Of a stretch of 64,000 nt of DNA, positions 43,667-57,514 are shown piece after piece (positions within the stretch are counted from its first letter, which is position 1; each line of letters begins with the position of its first letter). Source of the stretch: Cyanophora paradoxa CCMP329 (taxonomy: Eukaryota > Plantae > Glaucophyta); the NCBI GenBank assembly GCA_004431415.1, contig QPMI01000370.1:925-64924 (forward strand). Direction: 5' to 3'. The position numbers were made by a program, and so were the translations under genes. The notes beneath the pieces were generated by a model. It saw nothing but the letters and a program-made list of their open reading frames with translations. It was not told the DNA's origin and did not search any database.

Positions 43667-44027
43667 CGCTCGGCGCGCTTGGCGTGCTCGAGCTCGCTCA
43701 AGAAGCAATGCGTCCAGCGGGCTCGCTTCACAGAGTCCGCCGGAGCCACAAGCTGTCAGCCTCTGAGACGGCATCAAGCCATGCGCTTCGTCGCATCAGC
43801 TTCCAAGACTTCCCTCGTACCGTAGCTAAGATCAATTTCACATGACATTGCAGTTGTCAGCCTCTCGACTTCACGAGTACTACTAGGCCAGTGTCTGTGT
43901 GTTTGTGTGCATGCGCAGGCGGCCGGGGCCGCCGCCGGCTTTTGGCCCCGCGCGCGCATGCACGGCTCTTGATCATGACATGTTATAGAATTACTCTATA
44001 GCTATAATAGCTAGCTGAGCCTGGCAA

Positions 44028-44063
<36 letters not shown>

Positions 44064-44258
44064 CATACGTATGGGCGGATTGCAAGCCGAAGGCCAGCAG
44101 CGGTCCACGTTGCACGGCGCGCCACTTCGATCCATAACTCGCACAAAGCGCAAGTACGCACGCGCTTACAGCTCTGCAGAGCGTTCGGCGCGGGGGCGGG
44201 GGTAGGGGTGGGTCGGAGGAGGGGGAGGGGGAGGGGAGGAGAAGGTGGGGTGGGGGGC

Positions 44259-47078
44259 TCAGAGGGCTAGATCGCCGGGGCCGGGGGCGGGGGTGGCGGG
44301 GGCGGCGAAGGCGGGGATGCGGCCGAGCTCCTTGAGGTCCTGGAGGAGGACGCGGACGAAGAAGACGGTCTCCTCGGGCTCGGCCACCCAGAGGATGTTG
44401 CACTGGTTCCGCGCCGGGTAGTCGTTCCCACTCTGCGTGAAGCGGTCCCCCACGTGCACCGCGCTCCCCGGCTCCAGCGGGCCCAGGTACCTGCCCCGGC
44501 CCTCGGCGCCGGCACGTGCGGGACGGCGGGCGCGGGGCGCACTGCATGAGGGCCTGGATGCCGATGCTCTTGTTGCCGATGTCGCAGAAGACGTCGCTGC
44601 CGCCGTTGAAGACGCAGTACGGCACCGCCGCCTCGAGCGGGCGCAGCTCCGTGGACACGGCGAGCGCGATCTGCGCCGCGTCGGCCGCGCGCGCGAGGCG
44701 GGGCGGGGCGGGGGGGCGGGGCGGGCCTCCTCGAGGATCTCGTACTTGATCTCGCGGTTCTTGGGGACGACCCCGACGCTCCGCTCCTTGCGAATCACCA
44801 GCACCGGCAGCCGCAGCGTCTTGCACGCCTTCACCAGCGCCTGCGCCGCCCCGCCGTCAGGCGGCGGCGGCGCGCGGGGCGGGGCGGGGCGGGGCGGGGC
44901 GGGACGGGCCCGCTCGGCGGCGTCGAGGAGGGAGTGGATCTCGTCCTCGCGCCAGGCGAGCATCTCCGGCAGCTGCCACGCCTCCGCCGCCACCTCCGCC
45001 AGCCGCGCCTCCGGCCACGAGCACCGCAGCAGATAGTTGCACTCCCTGCCCCCGCCCCGGCCCCGCCCTCAGCGCCCCTCGCCCCTCCCCCGCCTCGCCC
45101 CGCCGACCGAAGCAAGCGCGCGCACCCGCCTGGGGGAGGGCAGTCAGCGAACGAGGGGACAGGTGGGAGGGTCACGGGGCGGCGCACCGACGCTGAAGGA
45201 AGAGGCGCGATGGGTGCGGGGAGGGGTGCGGTGAGGGGCGGAGGCGGGGGGCAGGGGGCGGGCCGCACATGTGGAAGCGGCTCATCTCGGCTTCGCTGAG
45301 CCCCTCGAGGCGGAACGCGTCCAGCAGCGCCCGCATCCGCATCTCGAACCGCTCCGGCTGTCCCGCCCTGTCGGGCCCCAGCCGCATCCCCTCGGCCGGC
45401 CGGCGCGCCGCACCTCGCCCGGGTAGGAGGCCGCGGTGACGACCGCGACGTGGATGCCGGAGCGCAGCAGCGTGATCACGTCGTAGATGATCTGCGCGCG
45501 CCTTCCCGTCAGGGGCGCCGGCGCCCCCGGCACGCTTGCCCGCTCGGCCCCACCTCGTTGTCGTGCTCGAAGTTCGTCCCGTCGTCTGTTCGCGGGTCGG
45601 CGGGGGCCTCGCTGGGGCGCTCGGCATCAGGCGCACCGTAAAGGGTGCCGTCCGCGTCGAAGGTGATGAGGCGCAGCATGCCGGCCGCCGCGTGCACCTG
45701 GGCCAGGTTCAGGATCTGCGGGCCCCTCGCGGGAGTCAGCCGGCGGTCGGCATCGGCGCGCCGGATCCGGAGGCAGGGCGGGGCGGGGGGCGCGCACGTG
45801 GCGCATCTCGGCGAAGTTCGGGAGCACGTGCTTCCGGCGCGAGAGCATCGCGAAGGCGTCGTACTCGCGCAGCGCGCGGCGCAGCTCCAGCGGCGTGAAC
45901 ATGCGCCCAATCGTGGGGACCAGCCTCCGCAGGGTCGATGTCTGCGGGCACTCGAGGTGCTCTGCGATCCAGCGCTCCAGCTTCCGCATAACCTCCATGC
46001 TCGAGTTCGCCTCGTGGAGCCGGATGATGAACTCGATCAACTGCGCAGCGCACTCGGCCGGCGCGCGTACGAAGCAGGCGAAGCCGCCCTCAGCGAATCG
46101 CGCACGGCATCTTGCTCTTTCAAGCGGCCTTTGCCCACGAGGCGCCAGCGGCGCGATCCGTCGCCCCGCGCCATCTCCCCGATCCATCTGAAGCAACCAA
46201 AGTGTCAGGAAGGATTTGCAGTGCGGTGCGGGGGGCACTCGCCTCCTCCAGCGCAGCGCGGCCGAGCCCGCCATGGGAGGTGGCTGGGCTGCATCCTCCT
46301 CGTCGGGGACCGGCTGCGCTGGTGCTGGTGTATCGGGCGTAGGCGTAGTAGGTGTATCGGGATCGAGATCATAGGTGTGCTCCGGCGCCGCCTCGCCAGA
46401 TCGGTGGGCGGCTGAGCTCGCGACAGCCTGCGTCTACGGTGGGTCAACATGATGTGACTAGAATGAGAACATGCACTTCGCGTGCATTAGTCCCAGCAAG
46501 GCGCACGGGGCGCAAGCCCAGTGCAGCGCGGCAAATCATATCCAGCTTACCCACTCCGCACTCGCGCGACCGCGCTGGGTCGGCGTGATAGCTGGCCCAC
46601 AGGAGACTACGAAGCGAAGCGCGCGCTTTGGTACGGCCTTCCCAATCGGCCGAGCTCTTCTCTGGCGCAGGCTAGGACCGGCGGACGGAAGGATGGCGCT
46701 GGATCCACGATGCCAGGGCGCTCCAGCCGTCGCAGGGAGAATAGCACACGACCCCGCGAACGCATGCATGTTCAATCTCCAGAGTGCTTGTACCCTGATT
46801 GTCGGCAGAAAAAAAGCATCGTTGAACCGAGGCGAGCTTGTTCTTTGAGGCAGAAAAAAAGCATCGTTGAACCGAGCATCGTTGAACCGAGGCGACTGAG
46901 AGGTGCGTTCGCGTTGTAGAGGCGCTCGCGAACTGAGCGACCTGAGCTCGCGTTGCCGAGGACCGGGTTCGCGTTGCTCACACAGCCCGCAGCTCTTCGG
47001 CATGGCGAACGCTTCGCCAGCACGAGGTGCGCCTTTCGCCGCATTAGGGAGCGCTAGGGAACTGGCCCGAGGCGCCAT
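44259..47078 (-). CDS. ISN1: IMP-specific 5'-nucleotidase (HAD)
   Basis: KGRLKEQDA/LIEFI, PNFAEMRH/ILNLAQV, LITFDADGTLY/DDG, VVTAASYPG, FNGGSDVFCDIGNKSIG and HVGDRF. The 5' end upstream of ~46400 is uncertain. Confidence 0.9.
46803..46895. repeat. Small nested tandem duplication
   Basis: ggcagaaaaaaagcatcgttgaaccgag occurs twice, plus an extra gcatcgttgaaccgag. Confidence 0.85.
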
Positions 47079-47230
47079 TGTGGAATAAACGGAATCCGCT
47101 GGCTGCGGCGCTTGGGCAGCGCAGCTGCTTTTTTCACTCATAAACGCGATCGTACTGCATAACGCATATGATCTATCGCGTACTGTCCTCTCACGCTGCT
47201 GCCTTCCTCCCCGCAGCGCAGGCTCCGTCT

Positions 47231-48728
47231 ATGGTACGGGCGCGCATCTTGTCCCTCAACACCTTCATGCGGTGCACACACGCGTCCGAGGATCTGCATT
47301 AAGCTAATGCAGTCGTCTAGCCCCCCGGGCATTACGAACTACGGGGACGACTTCAAGGACGAGCGCTGCGAACTCCTCTGCAAGATCATCAGCGACTTCG
47401 ACGTGCGCTTCCAAGCGACGGCCACCGCTGCTTTGCTGACAACAATCCCACAGATTGTCTGCTTCCAGGAGTGCTTCGATACAGGCAGCTCCCGCCAGCA
47501 GAAGATTATCGATGCGGGCGCTAAGGCGGGGCTGAAGTATTACGTCCGCGGCCCGTCCCCGCTCATGGTCCCGGTGGACAGTGGTCTCGTAATCCTCAGC
47601 AGATTCAAGTGCTCCATTTCCTCGCTATAGACGAATCGAACGTCGGCGCTGACGCCCGCTGCAGGATTCTGAAGACCGACACCATTGTCTTCCCGCGCGG
47701 CACTGTGAAGGGCGGCGACGCGTTCGCGGCCAAAGGAGTGGCGTACGCGCTCATCCAGCTCGCCGAGGGCAACCGCGCTTCGTGCATCCACCTGTTCGCG
47801 ACGCACATGCAGGTGGGTGGTCGCTCCGCAGGGCGCGCGCTGCGGTTGAGCTGGCGCAGGCCTCGTACACGTCGAAGAACGACCCGCTGAGGACCTCGTC
47901 GAAGTACTCGAGCGTGCGCCAGAAGCAGCTGCAGGCCTTCGCTGAGTTCATCGACAAGTGCGCGGGGCCTGGCCGCGCGCCGCCCTGCGTCGCGGGTCTG
48001 CGAGATTCGCTTACGTCACGCTGGACGCAGGAAGCGGAGCGGGAACAGGTTCCCCGTGGTGCTGGCGGGCGACTTCAACGTGAACGCGCGGCTCGGGGCG
48101 GAGGACCCGCGGAAGCCGTACGACTCGCCCGAGTACCTCGCCATGCTCTCGATGCTGGACGCCGGCGGCAAGCGCATCCGCGACCTCGTCAAGGAGTGCA
48201 ACGGCGGCGTGCACCCGATCACCATGGGCGACGTCGACGCCAACGGCGAGCCCCGCGAGCGCGTCCTCACCGCCGGCTACGACCTCCGTAGCCAGCAGCG
48301 CCTCGACTACATCTTCTACCTGCCCCCGATCAAGACGCCCGGTGCGCCCCCGGCTCGACGCGCGCCCATCTGCCCCGGGCGAGCCGCGCGGCGGTCGCAG
48401 AGGACCCGAACCCGCGCTCCTTCGCCGAGCCTGTCCCTGGGACCGCGAAGGTTGCCCCCTTCTACGTCAAGGGCCGCAAGTTCACGCAGCTCTCCGACCA
48501 CTACGGGTGCGGCCGCCTGCTGCCCCGCCCGCCCGCCCGCCCGCCCGCCTGTCTGTCCGCCCCCCGGGAGGCCCGCCGACACCCTCCCGCAGTGTGGAGT
48601 GCCAGCTGCAGGTCTCGCCGCTCCCGCTCTCCGCGAGCGAGGCCGCCGCCCTCGACCGGGGCTCCAGCCTGGCCAGCCTCATCGCATCCCTGTGCGCCCC
48701 CTCGGAGGGCACCCCCTCGTACTTCTAG
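47231..48728 (+). CDS. Neutral sphingomyelinase-like exo/endo/phosphatase family protein
   Basis: LNTFMRPP, FQE, DSGLVILSRF, AAKG, THMQ, GDFN, RLDYIF and LSDHYG motifs. Confidence 0.88.
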
Positions 48729-49353
48729 CTCGCGCCACCGGCACCGCTGGCCATTCCTCCTGCTGCTACCCAGCAGCTGCCAGCCAAAGCCGCGTATGAG
48801 GGCTCTTTGCTGTAGCGTGCATAGGCCTATAGCTAGCTGGCTGTAGACCTCGTTTCGTAGTTCTCAGACCAGATCGATATCACCATAAGCGTAGCACGTT
48901 CTCTCTCTTTCCGGAATCTGCAGTACCGCAGGCTCCTTCTATGCCAGGCGCGTGTGTTTGTCAGCGCTGGAAAGGCGCGCCGGGCCCGGGAGCGGCGCGC
49001 GGTCGGGCGCCGCGCGCGGCGACGCACACGCCTCCAGGGGGGTAGGGCCATTTTCAGCTACGTGGAGAGCAGGAGCTCTTTCAAAGTTTTCAGACCGGCT
49101 TAGCTAGCAGAACCAACAGTAGCAGCAAAAACTAACAGCAGCAGCAAGTGACTCGACCGCACCGGACCCGTGCAGAGCGGCCTCCGAGCTTCGCCGGAGA
49201 GCAAGTGCCCCGGCCCATCGCAGTGTTTCGTCCCTCAGCGCACCCGCGTGCTCAGCTATTTCTGCAGGGCTGTGCTGGCCTGTAACAGGAAGCAGCTGCC
49301 CGCCGCAGCAACTGGCCTGCGTGGACGGGCTTGGCCGCCGTTGGGCGCAGTAG

Positions 49354-52300
49354 ATGGGCGGTAAAGGCAGCAAGGACGGTCAGCCGACTACAGTAGACGT
49401 TAGGCCTTCACCCAACACAATGGCAGAGAAGAACCTCTCGCCGATCGAGGACAGGAAGTGCAGGGACGTTATCTTCCTCCTCGCCTTCATTGTCTTTTGG
49501 GGGGTGAGCCTGCTCGCTTAGCTATCGGCTTTCTGTGTGCTTAACCACAACGCCCTCCCATCCACGCTTCGCTTTCGTAGGGGATGGTACGCGTGCCCCC
49601 CAGCGGCGAGTGCTCGGCGCGGCTCTCAAGATTCTTAACTCTATTTCTTTGCTGTGCGTTAGATCATTGTTGCAATCTTCGGCTTCGTGAAGGGCAACCC
49701 AGCAACGTGCGCCCATCCCCCGCACCCTTTCTTCTTTTCCTTTTGTCTGAGCGCGCCTGCAGACTCCTCTACCCAACGGACTCTAATGGAAACGTGCGCC
49801 CGTTCTGCGTTCAGAGATTTATAGAAGATCGGCCCTGCTAGGGCGCTGTCTAGACTGCAATTCTTTGGGGCTCCTCGGTATCCCCTTCAGCACGTTCAGC
49901 CCCTGAGTGCCGCGCAGCTCTGCGGGTTCACACCGGGATACACAAACACTCCCAACGCGTACTTCCCGAAGCCGTCCATTCCCACGAACGCGCAGCAAAT
50001 AGCGATGGCCGGCCTCCAGCTCCGGTTCTGCGTTGCGAGCTGTCCAACCAGCTTCCCGAACATCACCGAAGTCCAGGCCGACTTCGCGAACGCCATTGTT
50101 TGTTCGCCGGACGTTCGGCCCTTCGTAAGCCCGCTCCCTCTCCCCCACAAGGGGAGGCCTCCCTGACGCGCCCCGACCGTCCCACAGCCGACGTGCAAGC
50201 TGCCCTTCCAGGGCAACGACACCAACGTCCTCGCGCTGGCGACCGAGCTCATCACCGGGCAGGGGACCCTCTTTCAGACGTACGCGTCGTGCACGGAAAT
50301 GTACAACTACGTGAACAACGGCTCGTGCGGCATCAAGTACCCCTCCACCGCGGCCCTCTTCCGTTGCATGCCGAACCTCAACAACGCGGTGGCAGCCGCC
50401 AACGACGCCCTACGGCCCGGAACCGAGCAGCTGGCGACCCAGCTGAACGATGCCACCTACCTGCTAAACCGCTACCAGGTCGGCCTTGGCCCCCCGAGGG
50501 AACCGCACTGCACGCTCATTTCCCGCGCGCGACGCAGGCGGACGTGGCGGCTTCATGGCCGGTGCTGGTGCGCTGGGCGGGGCGGGCCGGGAGGGGCCGG
50601 GCGGGACGGCGGGGCGGCGGGGCCCTGACTGGCGGGGGGTTGCAGATTGTGACGGGGATCCTGGCGCCCTTCGTGCTCGGTTTCATCTGGCTCATCCTCC
50701 TCAAGTACCTCGCTGGCTTCATGGCGCGCTGCCCCCGCCCCGCGCCCCGCGCCCCGCCCCGCGCCCGCGTGCGAGCCGGGCCGGGCCCGCGGCGGCAGGT
50801 CTTCCTCACGATCCTCGTCTTCCTCGGCTCCCTCGCCGCCGTCACCGTCATCTTCTTCTTCAAATGCGCGCGCTGCCGCCGCCCGCGGCCCCCCAGCGCC
50901 CCGCGGCGGCTGACGCGGGCGCAGCGGGCCGCATCGGGACGGACTCGTTCTCCGCGGTCTCGGCGCAGCTGGCGACGGTCAACGTCAACGGCTGGCTCAA
51001 CCCCACATCCGACTACACCCGCGTCTTCGACATCTGCGGCTGGATCATGGCGCGCCCCGCCCCCGTCCACGCCCCTGCCCCTGCCCGCTGACGCCCCACA
51101 GGTCGCTGTCTGCGGCATCTCTCTGCTCATAGTGCTGGTCATGATACCGGTGCGCCCCTCGGCCGGCGCCGCGCGGCGGCGCGGCAGGAGCGAGCGAGCG
51201 AGCGGGGCGGGGCGCGCAGCGCATTCGGATTGCGATCGGAATCGTGCGAGAGGCTTCGGACGCGCTGCGGGCGATGCCGCTGGTGATCTTCTACCCCTTC
51301 GTCACGTACGCCATGCAGCTCATCCTCCTCGTCTACTGGGTCGTCGTCGCCATGTCCGCCCGCCCGCCCACTGCCCACGGCCCCTTTCCCACCCCCTCTC
51401 AACCCCCGCCCGCAGCTGGCTCTTCGGATGCCAATGTAAGTGGCGGCCGGGCCCCCACCCCGCCCTGCCCCTTGGCACGCGGGCGGGACGCTGAGGGCAG
51501 CGCGCAGATTGGAGCACGGACACGAAGACGTACGACTATGACAACCGAACGAAGGGCGCCATCGCGTACCATGTCTTCGGGCTCTTCTGGACGACCAACT
51601 TCATCGACGGGTTCGGGCAGTGCGTGATGGCCGGCGCCTTCGCGACGTACTACTTCACGCGGGACAAGAAGAATCTGCCCTTCGCGCCCGTCATGCGCTC
51701 CTTCTCGCGGACGTGGCGCTACCACGTCGGCTCGATCGCCTTCGGCTCCCTCATCATCGCGATCGTGCAGTTCATCCGGGCCATGCTCGCCTACCTGGAG
51801 CGCAAGAGCAAGGCGGCGGAGAACGCCGTCGTCAAGTTCGTTTTCCGCGCCATCCAGTACTGCCTGGCCTGCTTCGAGCGCTTCCTCAAGTTCCTCACCA
51901 AGCGCGCCTACAGTGCGCCGGCCCCCCTCCCCCGCCCCCGCAGTGCTCCTTTGGCCCCCTCTGACCTCCCCGGCAGTCGTCATCGCGATCCACGGGTACA
52001 GCTTCTGCAAGGCGGCGCGGGAGGGGATGATGATCGTGCTGGGGAACATCCTGCGCGTGGCGGCGGTCTCGATCATCGGGGAGTACCTGATGTTCCTCGG
52101 CAAGCTCGCCATCTCCTTCGCCTCCTGCTTCCTCTGCTTCATCTGGCTCTCCAAGGACTCGATGTACGACCCCAACACGGGCGCCCGTCCCGTCTCCTCG
52201 CCCCTCCTCCCCATCATCCTCGTGGCCCTCGGCGCCTACATCATCTCCTCTGCCTTCCTCTCCATCTATGACATGGCCATGGACACCATCCTCTTCTGCT

Positions 52301-52434
52301 TCTGCATGGACCAGTCCGAGAACAACGGTCGGGACAAGCCGTACTACGCCTCCAGCAACCTCATCGACTTCCTTGACAAGTCCGCCGGCAAGAAGGCCGC
52401 CGCAGGGGAGGCCCCCAACGAAACAAAACACTGA
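49354..52434 (+). CDS. Choline transporter-like protein (CTL/SLC44)
   Basis: DRKCRDVIFL, LLYPTDSNGN/LCG, RIRIAIGIVREAS, YHVGSIAFGSLI, AIHGYSFCKAA, FLGKL and DTILFCFCMD. Confidence 0.93.
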
Positions 52435-52781
52435 GCCGTTGCCCCCTCTCCGATTAGCTATAGGAAGCACGCCTGTTTGTAGCAGCAGATCTGTATTGCA
52501 ATTGCCTGTTAGCGTCGCTCAGTGCTAGTTCGAATTCGAACTAGGGCTGCGCGTGGAGTGCACGTGTACAGCTACCGGCGCCAGATCCTTAAAGTTATTC
52601 AGCACCGTGCACGTGGCACTGGCGCCGGCAGCTGCAGATTGCATGCCGCATGCCGCAGCTGCAGTGCGCAGCTGCGCATGCGCATGCAGTGCGGCGGCAT
52701 GCGCAAAAGTTGAATTTGCGCATGCAATTGCGAAGGTTGGGGGGCCGGGGGTACAGGCACGGCAAGCGCACAATCGCTGCG

Positions 52782-54291
52782 ATGAGTTCGAAGGTGCGCC
52801 CGAGCCGTCGCAGGCGATGAAATGGAGTCGTACGCGCGACGCGCTTACGCCTCACTGGCAGGCGACGAAGCCGGCAGCGGCGGATGAGGAGCTTGACTTC
52901 GGCAAGAAGAAGAAGAGCACCAAGAAGAAGGATGATGTGGAGGACGTCGCCAAGAAAGTCGAGGACCTCGATGGTGCGCTGCAGCTTGCGCGGGATGGGC
53001 CCGATCGCGCGGTGCATGGGCGAGAGCGTTGGGCCGCCAACTGGCCGGTATGGAGCGCGGCAGCATTGCGTGCTGTCGTTTGGAACTCATTTTCTAAGGC
53101 GGCCGCGCCCTCGTCGCGCTACTTGGCCTGCGTATTAGCGCCTTGGCCTGCAATCGCCCCTCATTCTCGCCTGCAGTCGATGAGGACGACGATCTAGGCG
53201 ACTTTGGAAAGAAGAAGAAGAAGGCGCCGGTGCGCCCTGCTATCGAAAGACGACGCATGGCTCAGCAGCTCACTGTTCCTGCAGAAGAAGAAGGAGGAGG
53301 AGGAAGAGGAGGAGGAGGATGACAAGGACGAGGACGGGGATGACGATGAGGTCGAGGTGGTGCGTAGAATGATTTGAGGCCTCGCGGCTCAGAAATGACT
53401 CGGAGCCAGGGTGCACAGGCCGAGGTGGATGTGCCGCTGGACGGTGCAGCCCGCTTTGTCACTCTTCATGCGAATGCGCAAGCTCATGTCCGCGCCTGGC
53501 AGATCGCGTGCGGTTCGAGGAGGGCCCCGGCGGGGATGCCCCGGCCGCCACGATTGAGCTGTCTGAGCACGAGAAGAAGATCCGCCAGCTTCCCGCGGAC
53601 GAGAATGCCGACTACCCTTACGCATTCGTACGCTGCATTGTGCTGGAAATTCCTAGCTTTCGCTGAACGGCGCTGCAGCTGCTCGCCCGCATGACAGACT
53701 TCATCCGCGCTAACAACCCGGAGCTCGGTGGCGAGAAGAAGCGCTTCTCCATCAAGCCCCCGCAGGTTGTGCGCGAAGGCACGAAGAAGACCGTCTGGCT
53801 CAACTTCCCCGAAATCTGCGCCATGTGCGTCGATGCCCTCCCCACGCCCGCTCCGCCCTCTTGACTTTGCGTAGCATGCACCGGTCCCCCGAGCACGTGC
53901 TCCAGTTCGTGCTGGCCGAGCTCGGCACGTCCGGGTCTTTGGACGCAAGCAAGCGGCTCGTCATCAAGGGCCGTCTCAACCCCAAGCAGTTCGAGAACCT
54001 GCTCCGTCGCTACATCAGTGCGCCGCTTTCTAGTGCAGACGTCTCCCATATCTTACGGTTTGCGCAGTGGAATTCGTCACCTGTCAAATGTGCAAGAGCT
54101 TCGACACGAACCTCACAAGGTCCGTTCTGCCGGGCGGCCCTCTCTGTGCCTTCGTCCCCTCACGGCCGCACAGGGATTCTGTATCGCGTCTGTACTTCCT
54201 TCGCTGCGAATCCTGCAACTCTCAGAGATCCGTCACGGGCATCAAGAGCGGTTACGTGGCCCAGATCGGCCGCCGCAAGAAGGTCGGCTGA
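52782..54291 (+). CDS. EIF2S2: Translation initiation factor eIF2 subunit beta
   Basis: Lys boxes (DFGKKKK), [30 protein letters not shown]...LVIKGR, and zinc ribbon CQMC...CESC. Confidence 0.95.
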
Positions 54292-54636
54292 GACCCTGCT
54301 GCTCGCTTGCGGACGCCTCGCAATTCGTTGCGCCCTTCGTGTCGCAATACACGGGTTGCGAGCTCGAGAACGAGCGTTTCGTCGCGAGGGCAGGTGGGGG
54401 TAGGGGCGGCCAGGTGCACGCATAGGACTCTGGATCCGGGATGGATGCTGAACTAGAGCCTAGCTATAGGGGCCGGTCGAGCCGGGCTGCAGCGGCAGCT
54501 GCGCATGCGTATGCAGCAGCAGCGGCGTATCCATGTACGTACTTAGGTATCCGTGCTGCAGTGCTACAGCGCAGTACAGCGGTAGAGGCGGGATAGCCGG
54601 TCAACGGGGTACAGGACAGAAGTCTTTCGCGCAGCT

Positions 54637-56368
54637 ATGTTCTCGGCGTTAAAGTCAAAGGGATGGGAGATCAAGCGGCGCGTGGAACAGAAGACGGTCG
54701 AGGCGCTCGGGAAGGCGGAGGCTAGCAGCGACGTCGAATTCGACCAGCTCACCGCGCAGTTCAAGGAGGCGGAGAACCTGCTCGAGACGGTTTGTCACGA
54801 GTCATTTGCATCGCGTCAGCGAAATGGTCCAATGCGTCTCGCGCACGTCACAGGTCTACACGCGCACGAAGAACTTCGTGGACGGCCTTGCGAAGCTTAC
54901 CGAGGCATCGACGGCCATGGCAGAAAGCTACGGAAATGCATTCTTGGCCGCGCACGGTCCGCGCGCCCCAGCAACCGTCATGCTAGCTAGGAAACGAAAA
55001 CGTTTGCCGCAGGAACGAACCAGTTCGGCGGTTCGGAGCTGAGCTCGGCGGCTTTGGCGATCAATAAGTATTGCCAAGAAAAGGAGAAACTCCTCGCCGC
55101 AAAGGCGCTGGAGCCCCTGCGGAAGTGGGTCGGTACGCATAGGCATGGACGAGCGGGCGGGGCTCGCGGCTTGCTGAATGGGGCTGTCGTCAGAGAGCTT
55201 CCGCGGGGTGAAAACCCGCATGGAGGAGCTGCACAAGGCGCGGCTCGACTTCGACTACTACCAGCGGAAGGTGCAGGGCCTGAAGGAGAACCCGAAGACA
55301 GACAAGGCCACAATGGACGACAAGCTCGCCAAGCTCTCGCGCACCCAGCACGCCTACGAGGAGGTTCGCGCCCGATCGCGCCGCCAGACGTTAGTGCCCC
55401 GCTTGAGCGCTTCGCGTCCGCAGGGCCTCTTCAAGCTGAAGGTGCGCGGGGGCCGCTCGCTCCGCGCGTGCCGCTGGCGACGCGCGGGGGCAGCTGGAGC
55501 TGGCGACTCTGATGGAGAAGATGTCCGACGTCCTTCACACGCCCTTCGCCTGCGTACGCGGGGGCCGCCCCAAGGGGCGGGGCGGCGGGGGCCGACGGCG
55601 CTGGGCGCAGCTGGTGTCGGCGCAGGTGGACATGCTGAAGGCGGCGACAGGGGCGATGGGGCCGCTGCAGCCGTACTACGTGAGCGAGCCGGCGGCGGGC
55701 GCCCTCAAGCCCTTCCTCCCCGAGGACCTCGCCTCCCTCGTCGGCCAGGCCCGCCCCGCCGCCCCGCGCCCCCCGCCCCGGCGCCCTCGCGGCCCCCGAG
55801 CCCCGCGCAGGTCGCCACCGAGCGCGCCGCCGCCCACGCCTCGCAGGACTTCCCTCTGCCGCCCGCCAACTCGGCCCCCTCGTCGGAGCCCGCGCTGCCG
55901 GCCCCGTCGGCCCCGCCTGCACCCCCGGCGCCGGCGCCGGCGCCCGTGCCGGCGGCCGCGGCGCCGGGGGCGGTGCCGATGACGCCGGATGAAATGGAGA
56001 AGGCCATGCAGGCAATGGCGGCCCAGGCCCGCCCCTCACCGCCGCCCCGCTGCCCACCTCACCCCGCCCCGCAGATGGCTTCGATGGGCTTCCCCGCTCC
56101 GCCCGTGCCCCCCGCCAGCGCCCCCGCCCCGCCCGCCTCCAGCGAGAACCCCTTCTCCTCGTTCGTCCCCTCCGGGCCGCCCCTACGGGCCCCGCCCCTC
56201 CCCAGCCCTCCGCCTCCCCGCGCCGTGCCGTTCGTGCCGACCGCCGCGCCCCCCGCAGGTGAGGGGGAGGGCAGCCTCACTGAGGCTCTCCTCGCCCGCG
56301 GAGGCGGGGACGGCGACGGCAGCCCCGCCCCCCGGCAGACCACTGCATACTTCCCGCTCCCTCAGTAG
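54637..56368 (+). CDS. BAR-domain protein with Pro-rich tail
   Basis: LGKAEASSDVEFDQLTAQFKE, EPL, ARLDFDYYQRK and AYEE are typical of N-BAR helices. The 3' end is uncertain. Confidence 0.75.
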
Positions 56369-56600
56369 CAGATGTGCGGCAGGTCTCGGGCGGCTGCAAA
56401 CACAGTAGAATTACTTGTATTCACACAGCGCTGTACATGCCTGCGCGCTTGATGCACGCTCTTCTAGCGACGCTCCGAGCTTTATGCATCGCCCGCTTCG
56501 CCGAGCCGCCAGGCGCTTCACGAGTGGTGCGCGTGCTGCTCGCGGCTCTCGTACGCGCGCCTCTCGAACTCAGCGAGAGCATCGCTGCGCGCGCCACGAG

Positions 56601-57286
56601 TCAGCAAGCGGCAACGCCAGGAACACAGGAGCGTGCAGACTTGAACTCGAAATGGCGGTCCGGATCGTGCACGTGTGCGGACGGGTGCGGGCACGGCGGC
56701 GGGCCGCGTGCTGGCTCCAGGAAAGTCCCGCTCTGCAACCGCGCGCCGGATTCGGACTGACCGTCGGAACAAGACCCGCCACGCGTACGGCTTACGTATA
56801 CGTACCTGACGCGCGGAATCTTGCTGCTCCTTGTGCTCCTTGTGCTCCTTGTGCTCGCCGTGGCCATGGCCATGGCCTGCCTTGTGCTCTCTTGGGCAAA
56901 GCGGCGGGCTTGTTGGCACCTGCGCATGCATACGCATTCGATTTTTCGTGCTTGGTGCCTGCCGGGGCGCGCGTGGAGGCGCTGATCATGACGCGGAGCT
57001 CGAGCTACCGTGTCGATGTGCCTCGTTGTGGCGTGCGCGTTCGCGCTCGCGTTCGTATACGTAAGGTCTGCGACGGCGGAAGGGTGGTCCTCCTGCGCAT
57101 GCGCGCACAGGATGTGAGCATTGCAGAGCCGCAGCGCGCGTACGCGCCAGGCGCGCGCCCTTGCGCGCGTTCTCGCGGCGAGCCCCAATCGCAAATGTGT
57201 CGGCCCTCCCCCGCGCGCGTTATACTGCTAGCGCGCATGCGCACGTCGTTGAAGGGAGGCAACGGCGGGAGCGGGATGCCGTCCAT
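56601..57286 (-). CDS. Possible small His-rich hypothetical protein
   Basis: acaATGg start, intron-like GTGCGC..GCGCAG segment and a 9-bp repeat encoding GHGHGHGEHKEHKEHKE. I could not close a full in-frame model. Confidence 0.25.
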
Positions 57287-57514
57287 TGTTGCACTTGCAG
57301 TCGCCTTCTCAGACTTCAAGAGACTTGGTTTGGCCGGGTACGCGCATCTTGATTTCGCTTTTGGCGGCTATAGCTATTAGCTAGCTGCGAGCCCTGCGGC
57401 CGCTGCAGAACGATCGGATAATCGAAGTATTGCAGCTGCTGCCGCCGCACCGGCCGCGATCGGCCGCCGGACATCCCCGCGGCTGCGGCCTGGTGGCGGC
57501 CCAGAGCTGGGAGG

